In this document: positions 8,117-17,500 of the stretch, piece after piece | Numbering within the stretch: the stretch's first letter is position 1 | How the letters are laid out: every line of letters starts with the position of its first letter | Source of the DNA: Candidatus Kapaibacterium sp. | GTDB lineage: Bacteria > Bacteroidota > Ignavibacteria > Kapaibacteriales > UBA2268 | Length of the DNA stretch: 64,000 bases | Assembly: GCA_963665665.1 (NCBI GenBank) | Contig: OY762428.1 | Span: 1,600,001 to 1,664,000, forward strand | Reading direction: 5' to 3' | Position numbers and translations under genes: made by a program | Notes under the pieces: generated by a model | Database searches by the model: none | Seen by the model: only the letters and a program-made list of their open reading frames with translations | Told to the model about the DNA's origin: nothing

Positions 8117-11100
8117 TTATTTTACAACATTGATTGTACGAACAGTTGCTTTACCATTAATGATCATCTTGGCAATGTACTGCCCTGATGTTAATGAAGC
8201 GGCATCGATCTGTACGTCTGTATATGTTCCTGCATTCCTGCTTGCATTATCGAGTAATTTTGCTACCTGGTTACCAAGTGCATCATAAAGAACGATAGTT
8301 ACATTTGCATTTTCGGGAACAGTATATTTAACAGTTGATTCTGAGCTAACCGGATTTGGATAGTTTACAAGAGCTGATTCAAGAGCATCTACTGTTTCGA
8401 TTTTAACAGAATTTGTTTTTGAGCTCGGTATAACTACAGTTCCGTTGCTGCCTTTTTCAATTGTACCATATATCTGGCCTGTTACAGGATCTGAGAATGT
8501 ATATTTTGCATCAGCATTGTGTACTGCAAATGATGCAGGATATTCAACTGCCTGAAGAAGAACTACTGATGAATTCTCTGTTGATAATTTACTGTTATTA
8601 TCAAACCTTACATCAAATAGATCTGCTGGAGGAAGAGGAGGAAGTACAAAACTGTTTGCATCAACATTCTGGTTTGAAAGATATAGAGAAGCTTCATTCT
8701 GTGAATTATCACGAAGAACAATAGCGTCTGACATTGCCATTACATCGTCTCTGTTTGATGCATAGATCTGTGATCCTGTTTTGATATTACTCATATCAAG
8801 GTTCAACCATGCACCTGCATCTACATACAGCCAGTAACCAAGTCCTGGTTCAAGTTCAGATACTTCTACATAACCACGGTTAGTTTTGTATCCATACACA
8901 CCAAGTTTCATTGATTCTGAAAGTGTTGGCCTGTTGTTATTATCAAATGCATCAAGGTCGATGTGATCAATATTAATCGGGATAGAAAGTGCACCAATTG
9001 TGTTCCATCCTTTGTAAAGCCTTACAGGATCGCCTGTAGCTTTAGAAATCTTAGAAATAAACACACCCTGGAAAGTAGTGTCAACTCTGTCTTCTGAATA
9101 TTTAACGAAGTAACCAACACCAGGCATTAATTCTTCTTCCTGCTGATAGATACTAAGTGTAAATTTAATCGGTACGTTCATTGCATTTGGATAGAATACA
9201 TTCCAGAATGAATTAGTAGGCCTTACTGGTAATGACAGAAGGTTCCAACCAGGATTAATTCTTGGTGTACCATCAGCATTTACGTAACGGATTACTTTTG
9301 GAAGTGTGTATTCAATCATAAATTCACTGTATTTAGGATCAGTGATAACATAAGACAGGCGGCCATTTGGCAGTGGAGTAGCTGAACGCATATTAACATT
9401 GAATTCCTCGCCGTTGCGTGCATCTCTCAGGAAGAGCTGTGCACCATCCGGGAAGTTCTTTGTATCCCATTCAATTGTGATAGGATAATTTTCAGCACCA
9501 CCAGCATTGAATTTCACCCAGTATGTAATTGACTGAAGTGTATCAAATGCACTTCTGATATCTCTTGAACCATATACAAGGTTGCCATTTTCGTCGCGAA
9601 CTGCAGTTCTTGGAAGCTCATCGTTAGGAGCCCAATCACCAAATCCGAAAGGTACCTGTGGCTGAATATCTGTATCTACAGGATAGAAACGTGCGCCGAA
9701 TCCCTGAAGATCATATTCATAAGCAAATTCACCAAATAGTTGATCAACACCGTCAGTAGCTCTGTGGCCTGTACCAAAGATAAGTTTACAAGAATCGCCT
9801 ACAGCACCGCGTGAGTTTCTTACTGTTAATTCGATACCTGGTTTTGAAGTAGTATTAAACCATTCTACAGGATTTCTGAAATATATAAATGTAACTTTAA
9901 TCCTTACGGGACTGTCAAGTGCATAGTCAGATCTGAAAGTGATGTAACCAGTATAAACACCGGCTTTTTCATCATCAGCCTGGATTTCATTAGGATCGCA
10001 CTGTACTTCTAAGTAAAGATCGCCTTCAGCTGTTGTAGGATCGCCATAAGGATCTCTTTCTTCACCAAGAATTGTATTGTCTAACCAGTCAATCCAACCG
10101 GATCTTGTTGGTGATGCAAAGTCAGCAGGATATTTATCAGCTGTGGAAAGCCTTCTTGCCTGAAGTTTCAACCATTTCTGATCTGTTTCTACTTCGATAT
10201 CAAGCAGCCTTGTTCTTTCAACGCCATTCATAACTCTAAGAAGCCTTGTTCCGAACAGAGGATCGAAAGAAGCGGAATCTATTGTAATCGGGTCAACGAT
10301 TTCCCATAGATTTTCTTCATCCTCAACTTTTTTGATAGCGGGAATTGAGCCAATACCTCTTTCAATTGAGAAATTGAATTCCGGAATAGCAGGTGTAATG
10401 CTCATATAAATTGAGCCTTCTTTTGTAGGTTCAATTTCACCGGCTGCATAGTCAAGGTTATTAATACCTGCAAGTCCTGTTATTTCAGTAGGTTCGTACT
10501 GTTCTGTGCCCGGAATACCTAATTTATAAAGATGTGCAAAAGGATTATCTTCTCTTACGTTAATATCATTATATTTTATTGTATCTGGTGCAAAGTGAAT
10601 TGATGGTTTTGCTACAGAACCCTGGCCGGGGTTATCTATAGACTGCATCACTTTGAAGCGTACATAAAGAAGTATCTGCCAGTCTTTTCTTCCAAGGTCA
10701 GTATTAGGAAGCGGACGTGTTGTGGAAGTACCTGTTATACGCATTGCACGGCCTCTCATCCTGTCCTGGAGAGCAGTTTCGTCAGAAAGATAAACCCTGT
10801 AACGGGAAGTATCTTTGAAGTCGTGCCAGGAAATATTAAAATGTTTTGAAAGTGGTTCCTGATCCATTTCTTCGTCCCTTGGTCCGAACTTCTGAACACC
10901 TACCGGCCTGATTGCCGATGAGTCATAAAGAAGTGTGAACTGGAAACTATAGATCGGGTCCGGAACAAATCTGTCATCGTCATATTTTGCCCACCTGTTT
11001 TCAATCCAAACAGGAACAAGAAATTCCCTGGGATGTTCGTATTTTTCTGATGTGGGAATCCAGATACGTCCGTCAGGATACCATTCTTCGTTATATCCGT

Positions 11101-11248
11101 CATCAGTACCTGTAAGAGTAAGATTGGGCACCGCAGGCTTATCAAAAGCAGCGAATGCATCCTGGCCTGTTGAAAATAAAAGGCCGATTACAAGCGCCAA
11201 GCCCATTAAGACTTTCATGCCCTGGTATTGTGATAAGAATCTCTTCAT
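8117..11248 (-). CDS. Large T9SS cargo protein: cohesin-like, BACON-like Ig, ATDG domain, GWN repeats, CTD
   Basis: ATG at 11248 (MKRFLSQ) preceded by GGAGGT; signal peptide; CTD NYPNPVSS...YDALGNQV...LTSGQYIAKM. Confidence 0.85.
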   Translation of the reverse strand: MKRFLSQYQGMKVLMGLALVIGLLFSTGQDAFAAFDKPAVPNLTLTGTDDGYNEEWYPDGRIWIPTSEKYEHPREFLVPVWIENRWAKYDDDRFVPDPIYSFQFTLLYDSSAIRPVGVQKFGPRDEEMDQEPLSKHFNISWHDFKDTSRYRVYLSDETALQDRMRGRAMRITGTSTTRPLPNTDLGRKDWQILLYVRFKVMQSIDNPGQGSVAKPSIHFAPDTIKYNDINVREDNPFAHLYKLGIPGTEQYEPTEITGLAGINNLDYAAGEIEPTKEGSIYMSITPAIPEFNFSIERGIGSIPAIKKVEDEENLWEIVDPITIDSASFDPLFGTRLLRVMNGVERTRLLDIEVETDQKWLKLQARRLSTADKYPADFASPTRSGWIDWLDNTILGEERDPYGDPTTAEGDLYLEVQCDPNEIQADDEKAGVYTGYITFRSDYALDSPVRIKVTFIYFRNPVEWFNTTSKPGIELTVRNSRGAVGDSCKLIFGTGHRATDGVDQLFGEFAYEYDLQGFGARFYPVDTDIQPQVPFGFGDWAPNDELPRTAVRDENGNLVYGSRDIRSAFDTLQSITYWVKFNAGGAENYPITIEWDTKNFPDGAQLFLRDARNGEEFNVNMRSATPLPNGRLSYVITDPKYSEFMIEYTLPKVIRYVNADGTPRINPGWNLLSLPVRPTNSFWNVFYPNAMNVPIKFTLSIYQQEEELMPGVGYFVKYSEDRVDTTFQGVFISKISKATGDPVRLYKGWNTIGALSIPINIDHIDLDAFDNNNRPTLSESMKLGVYGYKTNRGYVEVSELEPGLGYWLYVDAGAWLNLDMSNIKTGSQIYASNRDDVMAMSDAIVLRDNSQNEASLYLSNQNVDANSFVLPPLPPADLFDVRFDNNSKLSTENSSVVLLQAVEYPASFAVHNADAKYTFSDPVTGQIYGTIEKGSNGTVVIPSSKTNSVKIETVDALESALVNYPNPVSSESTVKYTVPENANVTIVLYDALGNQVAKLLDNASRNAGTYTDVQIDAASLTSGQYIAKMIINGKATVRTINVVK

Positions 11249-11282
11249 GAGAACCTCCAAAAATTAAAAAAAATATCAGTTA

Positions 11283-12491
11283 TTATTCTTTTATTAAAAC
11301 AATTCTTTTTTTCTCGTTATTTTCTGTTACAACAATTCCGAAGTATATTCCCGGTAATAATTCTGCAACATCAATTTCTATTCGGTTTTCAAATATATTG
11401 TCAATTTCTTTAATCTTATAACCCATCAAATCGTAAAAAGACGCAAATTTTATAAGATTTTTTTCATTTTTTATAATAAAACTATTTTTACCTGCACTGT
11501 ACCATGATTTAGTATCGCTTTTATTACTAATTTCAATTATATCATTACCTGTGGTATCTTTTTTTATTGATCTTAAATAAAGGTTTTCAGATGAATATCT
11601 CGTAACGCAAGAACAAAAACCTGTATTTATTGAATCAATTGTAATACCAGATAATAAACTGTCATTACTTTTTCTTTTAATATCAAATTCTAATATTGTC
11701 TGATCGCTGAAATCATTATTCTTTTGAAATCTGATCTTTTTTCCATCATCAATATCTTCAACAGACAAATTTGATATTAAATCATCTACAGTTTCAGTTT
11801 TTAAAATTTCAAAGTACGTTTTATCATAAACCAGGTTAAATTCTATCAAGTCGAGTCTTGCAATGTTTTCATCATATTGCATGTACAATTCGAACTTTTG
11901 AATCGAATCATTCCTGAAGAACAAAGAATCTGAGCTGAAACCGGCAGTTATTGCCCTGGTTTCTTTATCAACTTCCAATCCTTCGATTATCAATGTATCC
12001 TGTTTCTCTACTTCTATTTTGAATTCCTCGGTGAACTCAATATCCTCGAGATATAATCTTGTTGTATCCGGGCAATCCCCGAGAAATCTTCCGTACAAAA
12101 CAACCAAAGGTTTATTTCCGCTCGAAGGCGGAAATGAGAAATTGAAGGTTGTGGCATAGCCCTGTACTCTTCCTTCTTCAGAAATAAATGATACTTCCCT
12201 GGTTTCAAAGAACTCTGATAATGTATTTGTGTAGAGTGCTGTTATCCATTGTATTTTTTCCGGATTATAGTTTAAATAATACTGGAAACCATACAAGCTG
12301 TCGAATCTTTGCACTTCTCCGATACTCAGTGAAACATAAAACTCTTTTTTATCTGCCGAGCCGCAAACATCAATAATTTTTTGTTGTGTCAGTTCAGCTC
12401 TTACCGTTTCCTGAGATAATCCGGTCAGGCTGCTGCAAGCAAAGAGCAGCAGCCATATCCAGATTTTATATTTCAATGAACAGCTCATCAA
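11283..12491 (-). CDS. T9SS cargo protein with two tandem cohesin-like domains
   Basis: LYGFQYYLNYNPEKI and IEFNLVYDKTYFEI strands typical of cohesin folds; CTD YDLMGYKI...LLPGIYFGIV. Confidence 0.75.
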   Translation of the reverse strand: MMSCSLKYKIWIWLLLFACSSLTGLSQETVRAELTQQKIIDVCGSADKKEFYVSLSIGEVQRFDSLYGFQYYLNYNPEKIQWITALYTNTLSEFFETREVSFISEEGRVQGYATTFNFSFPPSSGNKPLVVLYGRFLGDCPDTTRLYLEDIEFTEEFKIEVEKQDTLIIEGLEVDKETRAITAGFSSDSLFFRNDSIQKFELYMQYDENIARLDLIEFNLVYDKTYFEILKTETVDDLISNLSVEDIDDGKKIRFQKNNDFSDQTILEFDIKRKSNDSLLSGITIDSINTGFCSCVTRYSSENLYLRSIKKDTTGNDIIEISNKSDTKSWYSAGKNSFIIKNEKNLIKFASFYDLMGYKIKEIDNIFENRIEIDVAELLPGIYFGIVVTENNEKKRIVLIKE

Positions 12492-14450
12492 TTACTTGTT
12501 GAGGATCATTTTCTTTGTAGCAGTGAAATCATCGCCTGTTAACCTGTAAACATATACACCGTTTGCAACAGCATTACCACTGTTGTCTACGCCATTCCAT
12601 GAGAATTTGTGTGTATCTGTAGAAAGGTTTCCGTTAACGAGAGTTTTTACAACATTACCAAACATGTCATAAATTTCAAGTTTGTAGCTTCCTGCATCTT
12701 TAATTGTTACAAAGATATCTGTGCTTGCTGTGAATGGGTTAGGATAGTTTTTGAAATTAAGACCAAAATCATTATCCTGTCCTTCAACATTTGTAAGAAG
12801 CGCAGAGAAACCATCGATATTGTTATCGTTGAATCTTGCATTTGTAACTTCTATCTGAGCATTTTCAGATTTTACTGTAACAAATAATACGGGTGTTGAT
12901 GTTTCAAATTCGCCTGTACCTGCAAATACTACAGTATTGCCTTCATGTGTTGTCTGAACATTACCGTTAACAGATACTATGTCAGCATTAAGGTCGAATT
13001 TACCTGCAAGCATACCATCAAGATAACCATTCAGGTTAACTGTCAGCATGTATTCGTTATCGCCAAGACCTTTAACTTCAGAAATATCGAAAGCAGTTGC
13101 TTCTTTTTCGTTGTTTGAGATCTTACCATATTGTTTTATCCAGTCATATATCCAGGGCAATTCAGGAACGCGGCCTGAAATATAATGCAGAATCCATGCT
13201 GCATCATATTCTGTTGCCTGGAAATAAACGCGGTTAATACTATTGATACCAACAGGAAGGTTATCTGCTACATTCATATCACGCCAGGGAATATCTTTCC
13301 TGATAATGAGTGTAGCTTCATATTCTTCACCCTCATCGTCGATGAGAGTAGTATCCACATAAGCATAGTAATAACGACCATTATGGTTAACGTCTGCGTG
13401 ATAAGCTTCTCTTCTGCGAACACTATCCAAAGGAATATTTGTAACAACGTGACGCATGATAATACGTGCATCGTTAACTGTTACAAAGCGGTTCTGAGGC
13501 ATACCATAATGTCTGTTACCATAAGCTTTAGAGAAATCAGCATCACCGTCGCCCCACCATTCGTCAATATTCAGACGTGTAAGTGCGCGGAAGAAGATTC
13601 TCTTGTCTGTACCGCCGGAAGGTGGCCAGAGGTTAGTTAGTGTAGTTTCAGTTCTTGCATACATCGGGTCGTAATCTTCATCATCCGGACCCATGAAATA
13701 AAGGCCGTTCAGGAAGTCGCCGCCAGTACCGTTAATACCTACTGAAGCATCTTTAGTAATAATTGTATTACCAGCATCCGGGTCGGGATTGCCACCAACA
13801 GGGCCATAACAGAATTCAATATTACCCTGATTTGAGAATTGGTCAGTAGATTTATAAATAACAACCTGGAAGTTTGCTACCGAAGATTTTACATGAACCA
13901 TATTACCTTCATCATCTTCCTGTTCGAAGTTAATGTTAAGGTCTTTCCATTGAACCACGAAGAAATCACCACCGTCGTAAGTAGAAATTTCTGACTCCAT
14001 AAATCCATCAAATACATCAGTTGCATTTCTGTAGTAGTGGTCTCCCCAGAATGGAGCAATTACATTACTCGGGAAAGAAGTTGCATTCTGGAAAAGAGCA
14101 GTAGGATCGTCAGGAGCTACGAAAGGAGGTGTAGTTCCCTGCCTTGTGAATGCAATGAAACCATTAATGTTTACCCATACCTGGTTGTAAACTTCACTAT
14201 TATATTCGAACTGGAACGGAAGAGGAATTGCCTGGTGATAATATCCGTTCCTGCGGTCTTCCCTGAAACTGGGCGGAAGCCCGAAGTCCTCAGAAGGCAG
14301 TACATCAGGATATTCGAGGAATTGGAAAGGAGCATTTTCCCTTACAATTACCGTATCGAATTCGCTGTATACCTGCGCTTCAGCTTGCTGTGACAGGAAT
14401 GTTACTCCTAAGATCACAATCCCTACAGCAAAGATTAAGAAACGTTTCAT
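12492..14450 (-). CDS. T9SS cargo protein: NIDO-like N-domain, split dockerin, degenerate cohesin-like domain, FlgD/CTD
   Basis: IPLPFQFEYNSEVYNQVWVNINGFIAF...IAPFWGD; GDAD...VTVNDARIIMRHVV...ADVNHNG...YDAAWILHYISG; CTD NYPNPFT...ANGVYVYRL. Confidence 0.82.
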   Translation of the reverse strand: MKRFLIFAVGIVILGVTFLSQQAEAQVYSEFDTVIVRENAPFQFLEYPDVLPSEDFGLPPSFREDRRNGYYHQAIPLPFQFEYNSEVYNQVWVNINGFIAFTRQGTTPPFVAPDDPTALFQNATSFPSNVIAPFWGDHYYRNATDVFDGFMESEISTYDGGDFFVVQWKDLNINFEQEDDEGNMVHVKSSVANFQVVIYKSTDQFSNQGNIEFCYGPVGGNPDPDAGNTIITKDASVGINGTGGDFLNGLYFMGPDDEDYDPMYARTETTLTNLWPPSGGTDKRIFFRALTRLNIDEWWGDGDADFSKAYGNRHYGMPQNRFVTVNDARIIMRHVVTNIPLDSVRRREAYHADVNHNGRYYYAYVDTTLIDDEGEEYEATLIIRKDIPWRDMNVADNLPVGINSINRVYFQATEYDAAWILHYISGRVPELPWIYDWIKQYGKISNNEKEATAFDISEVKGLGDNEYMLTVNLNGYLDGMLAGKFDLNADIVSVNGNVQTTHEGNTVVFAGTGEFETSTPVLFVTVKSENAQIEVTNARFNDNNIDGFSALLTNVEGQDNDFGLNFKNYPNPFTASTDIFVTIKDAGSYKLEIYDMFGNVVKTLVNGNLSTDTHKFSWNGVDNSGNAVANGVYVYRLTGDDFTATKKMILNK

Positions 14451-14498
14451 TTGTGAACTCCAATTATATTTAAAAATATTTATTTCCGATTTATAATT

Positions 14499-14520
14499 GG
14501 CAGGCCATTGAAGGCCTGCC
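14499..14520 (-). promoter_or_regulatory. Intergenic GC-rich hairpin without a U-tract on the coding strand (mRNA stabiliser or partial terminator)
   Basis: GGCAGGCC-ATTGAA-GGCCTGCC, followed by AATTATAA on the minus strand. Confidence 0.55.
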
Positions 14521-14537
14521 TATTTTTATCAGATATT

Positions 14538-17500
14538 TTACTTCACAATTACCAGAGGCATTGTTGAAGTAGTACCATTTGCTGTAAGTCTTACTACATA
14601 AGAACCGCTTGAGAGAGCTTTGCCATCAAGGTCGTTTGCTTTCCAAACAATGTTATGTGTTCCAGCTTCGTAATATGAGTCTGCAAGTGTTGCAACTTTA
14701 TTACCGAGAGCATCGAATACATCAAGAGCAATTTTGCCAGATCTTGGAATCTGGAATCCAACAGTTACATCGCCAGTGTTGCTGTACGGGTTCGGTGATA
14801 CCGAATTAACTTTGGCAACAGTTGGTAATCCAACCTGAGTTTCTACCGGTGTTGTCCAGTCATAGATAATCAGGAAGGCATCGATTTCATTCTGTTTGAT
14901 GCTCAATACTGTGTATTCACCATCTTCAGTAAGTTCAATATAAGAGGCGATATTAGGATCGTTATAGTTTGGATCTCTCATATCTACTCTGAATATATTA
15001 CCGTTTGACTGTGCATCTTTAAGATACCATGAACCACCAGAAGGATTAACCTCGTTATTGTCCATCGGAGGAATCTGAGATTTTTTCCATTTCAGTGTTA
15101 CAGGATATGCAGGTGATGTCTGACCATTTTCTCCACCAGCCTGGAATGATGCTCTGTATACATAAGTACCTTCCTGGCCAGGAGCCTGTGGGAATACGCT
15201 TATAAGTGTACCATTCCTTGTAGGAATTGTCCAGCGAGCGTCAAATACGTCAAGCGGAGGAAGTGGAGGAAGATCATACTCGCAATAGTTTGAATCAAGC
15301 ATACCAAGCGGGTTGCCATCATCAGCATCGCCAGTTGAAGCGTTACGTGCTGCAGTACCCCATGTCAATGTTTCCATTGCACCAAGGTGGTTTTCGATAA
15401 TAATATCGCAAAGGAAGTCTGCTTCTTCCATAAGTTTCAGCCTGAACGGAAGCTCTTTTTCAGCTCCGTCTTTGTCTGTTACTTTTATTATAATAGTTAC
15501 TTTACCGTCAGCATCTCTCGAAAGTGCTGATGGATCTGTAATTGTTACAGATACTTTTACAGTGTCAAGATCAAGCGGACCATTGATAGTTGTCGGATCG
15601 AGTGTTACTCCTGCTGAAGGTTCTACTACTGTAAGTGTAAGAACTTCATTTTCACCATCAACTCTGCGGAGAAGATCAAGATCGCTTACAAGCAATGTAT
15701 CGTTATAAACTCTGTCGTCAGCATTGAATTTTGCACTTTCAATACATTTAACGATAGGAGCCTGGTCAATATCAGGATCGTGGTTTGTTTTCAGTACTCT
15801 GAGAGGAATCTGCTTAACATAAGTCAAGTCATCTTCGTCTCGTACAAGTACAGTTACCAGTTCGTCCTGAGGAGCTACTTCGTTATCTGCCTTAAGCATC
15901 GGTTTTCCATAAAGAAGACCGCTTTCTTTATTTATCTTAAGCCAGTCAGGAGTTGTTTTCATATTTGAAACATCCCAAACGCCAGCTTCCGGGAAGCACG
16001 GATCTTTCTGAATTTCATCCTGCGGATAATCTTCATAGATCAATTCATATTCGTGCCATTGGCCGAAGTTAGGATCGTAAACTGAGATAGCTCTTGTTGT
16101 ATCATCAAGGCCAGGATTATAATCAATATCTTCCTCTGCGTCAGGAAGTGACTGAGTTATAATTTCAGGCTGAATATTGATAAATACAGGCATATCCATG
16201 TAGTTCACTCCACCATGACCGTCATTTACAACAACTGTAAATACTGTATCAGTGTTGAGTTTGTTATTAACCTGTTTTGAAGGAGTAAGAAGCTCAATTG
16301 CTTCATCTCTGTCAATACGAATGTCAAGTTTACCCCAAGTCTGGAACTGAGCGCCAAATGTATCTGATGCAGGATCGGTTACACCATCACCATATTCATG
16401 CAGATATTCATTAGCCATCCAAACAGGCCTTGTCTGAGTGATAGTTGTATCGTTTTCACGACCATCACCATCATTATCATAAATTGTGCTGTCGATAACA
16501 ACATCATCTTCGCCAGCGCGAACTGCAATGTTCATAAAGCCATAAGCTGTACGTCCGTAGCGGAAGTCCCAGCCACTTGCCCATGAATCTTCAAGCTCAT
16601 CATCTGTATTAAAGTCAACTTTAAAGCGAAGTTTATCTGTAAGGTTTGCCATTAATGTACCATCTTCGTCTGAACGACGGCAAGGATAAAGTGAAGGCAT
16701 ATATGTACCAACAACTTCTCTTGTTCCTGCCATATCAACTCTTCTTGTTACTTCTTCTTCTGATTCATCAGGACCAATGAAGCGAGGAGTTGAATCTACA
16801 ACAATAATACGGAATGCATAGTCGCCAGTATGGTAACCGTTCTGGCCAACATAGTCAATTGTATCCTGCTGCAGATAGCGTGCTTCCATATCCTGATATG
16901 CAGGAGCTGAAAGATAAGGCCTGAAGAGCTCGATAAATTTAGCAATATATTCATCGCTTGGCCTTAAGCTGTCCGGAAGAGCTTTAAGAGAATCAAGAGT
17001 TCTGTAATAAGGAGGATAGCTCATACCTTTAACGTTAATCCACTCGCCGCCAGGTACTACGAACGGGTTCATAGGCTGACCACGGAACAAGATGTAACCG
17101 TCTGCATCATCTCTTGGAAGCTGATATGAGTTTTCCCAATCTGTATTGTTTTCAGATGCTACTGTATCAACGAGAATCCAGTGTTCAAGTGCTGTATTCG
17201 GGTTGTACTGTCCGTGTCTCGGATCTGTAGGATCGTATGTCGGATGCCATTCATAAGTAAGGAATGAATACAATTCAGGATACATCTGTGATCTTGGATC
17301 ATAGTACTGATTTGTATCCATAGCTGTAATTGTAAGAATAGAATCACGTCCTGCAGCATCATCACCAATATTAGGATCATCAGGATCGCTGTAGAAACCT
17401 TCTTCAACAGGATAATACCTGTTTTCAGTAAGGAATATTGTATTAAGTAATGAAGTCATTACAAGTGTATCAAGCTGTTTGCCCGGAACTTCCGATGGAA

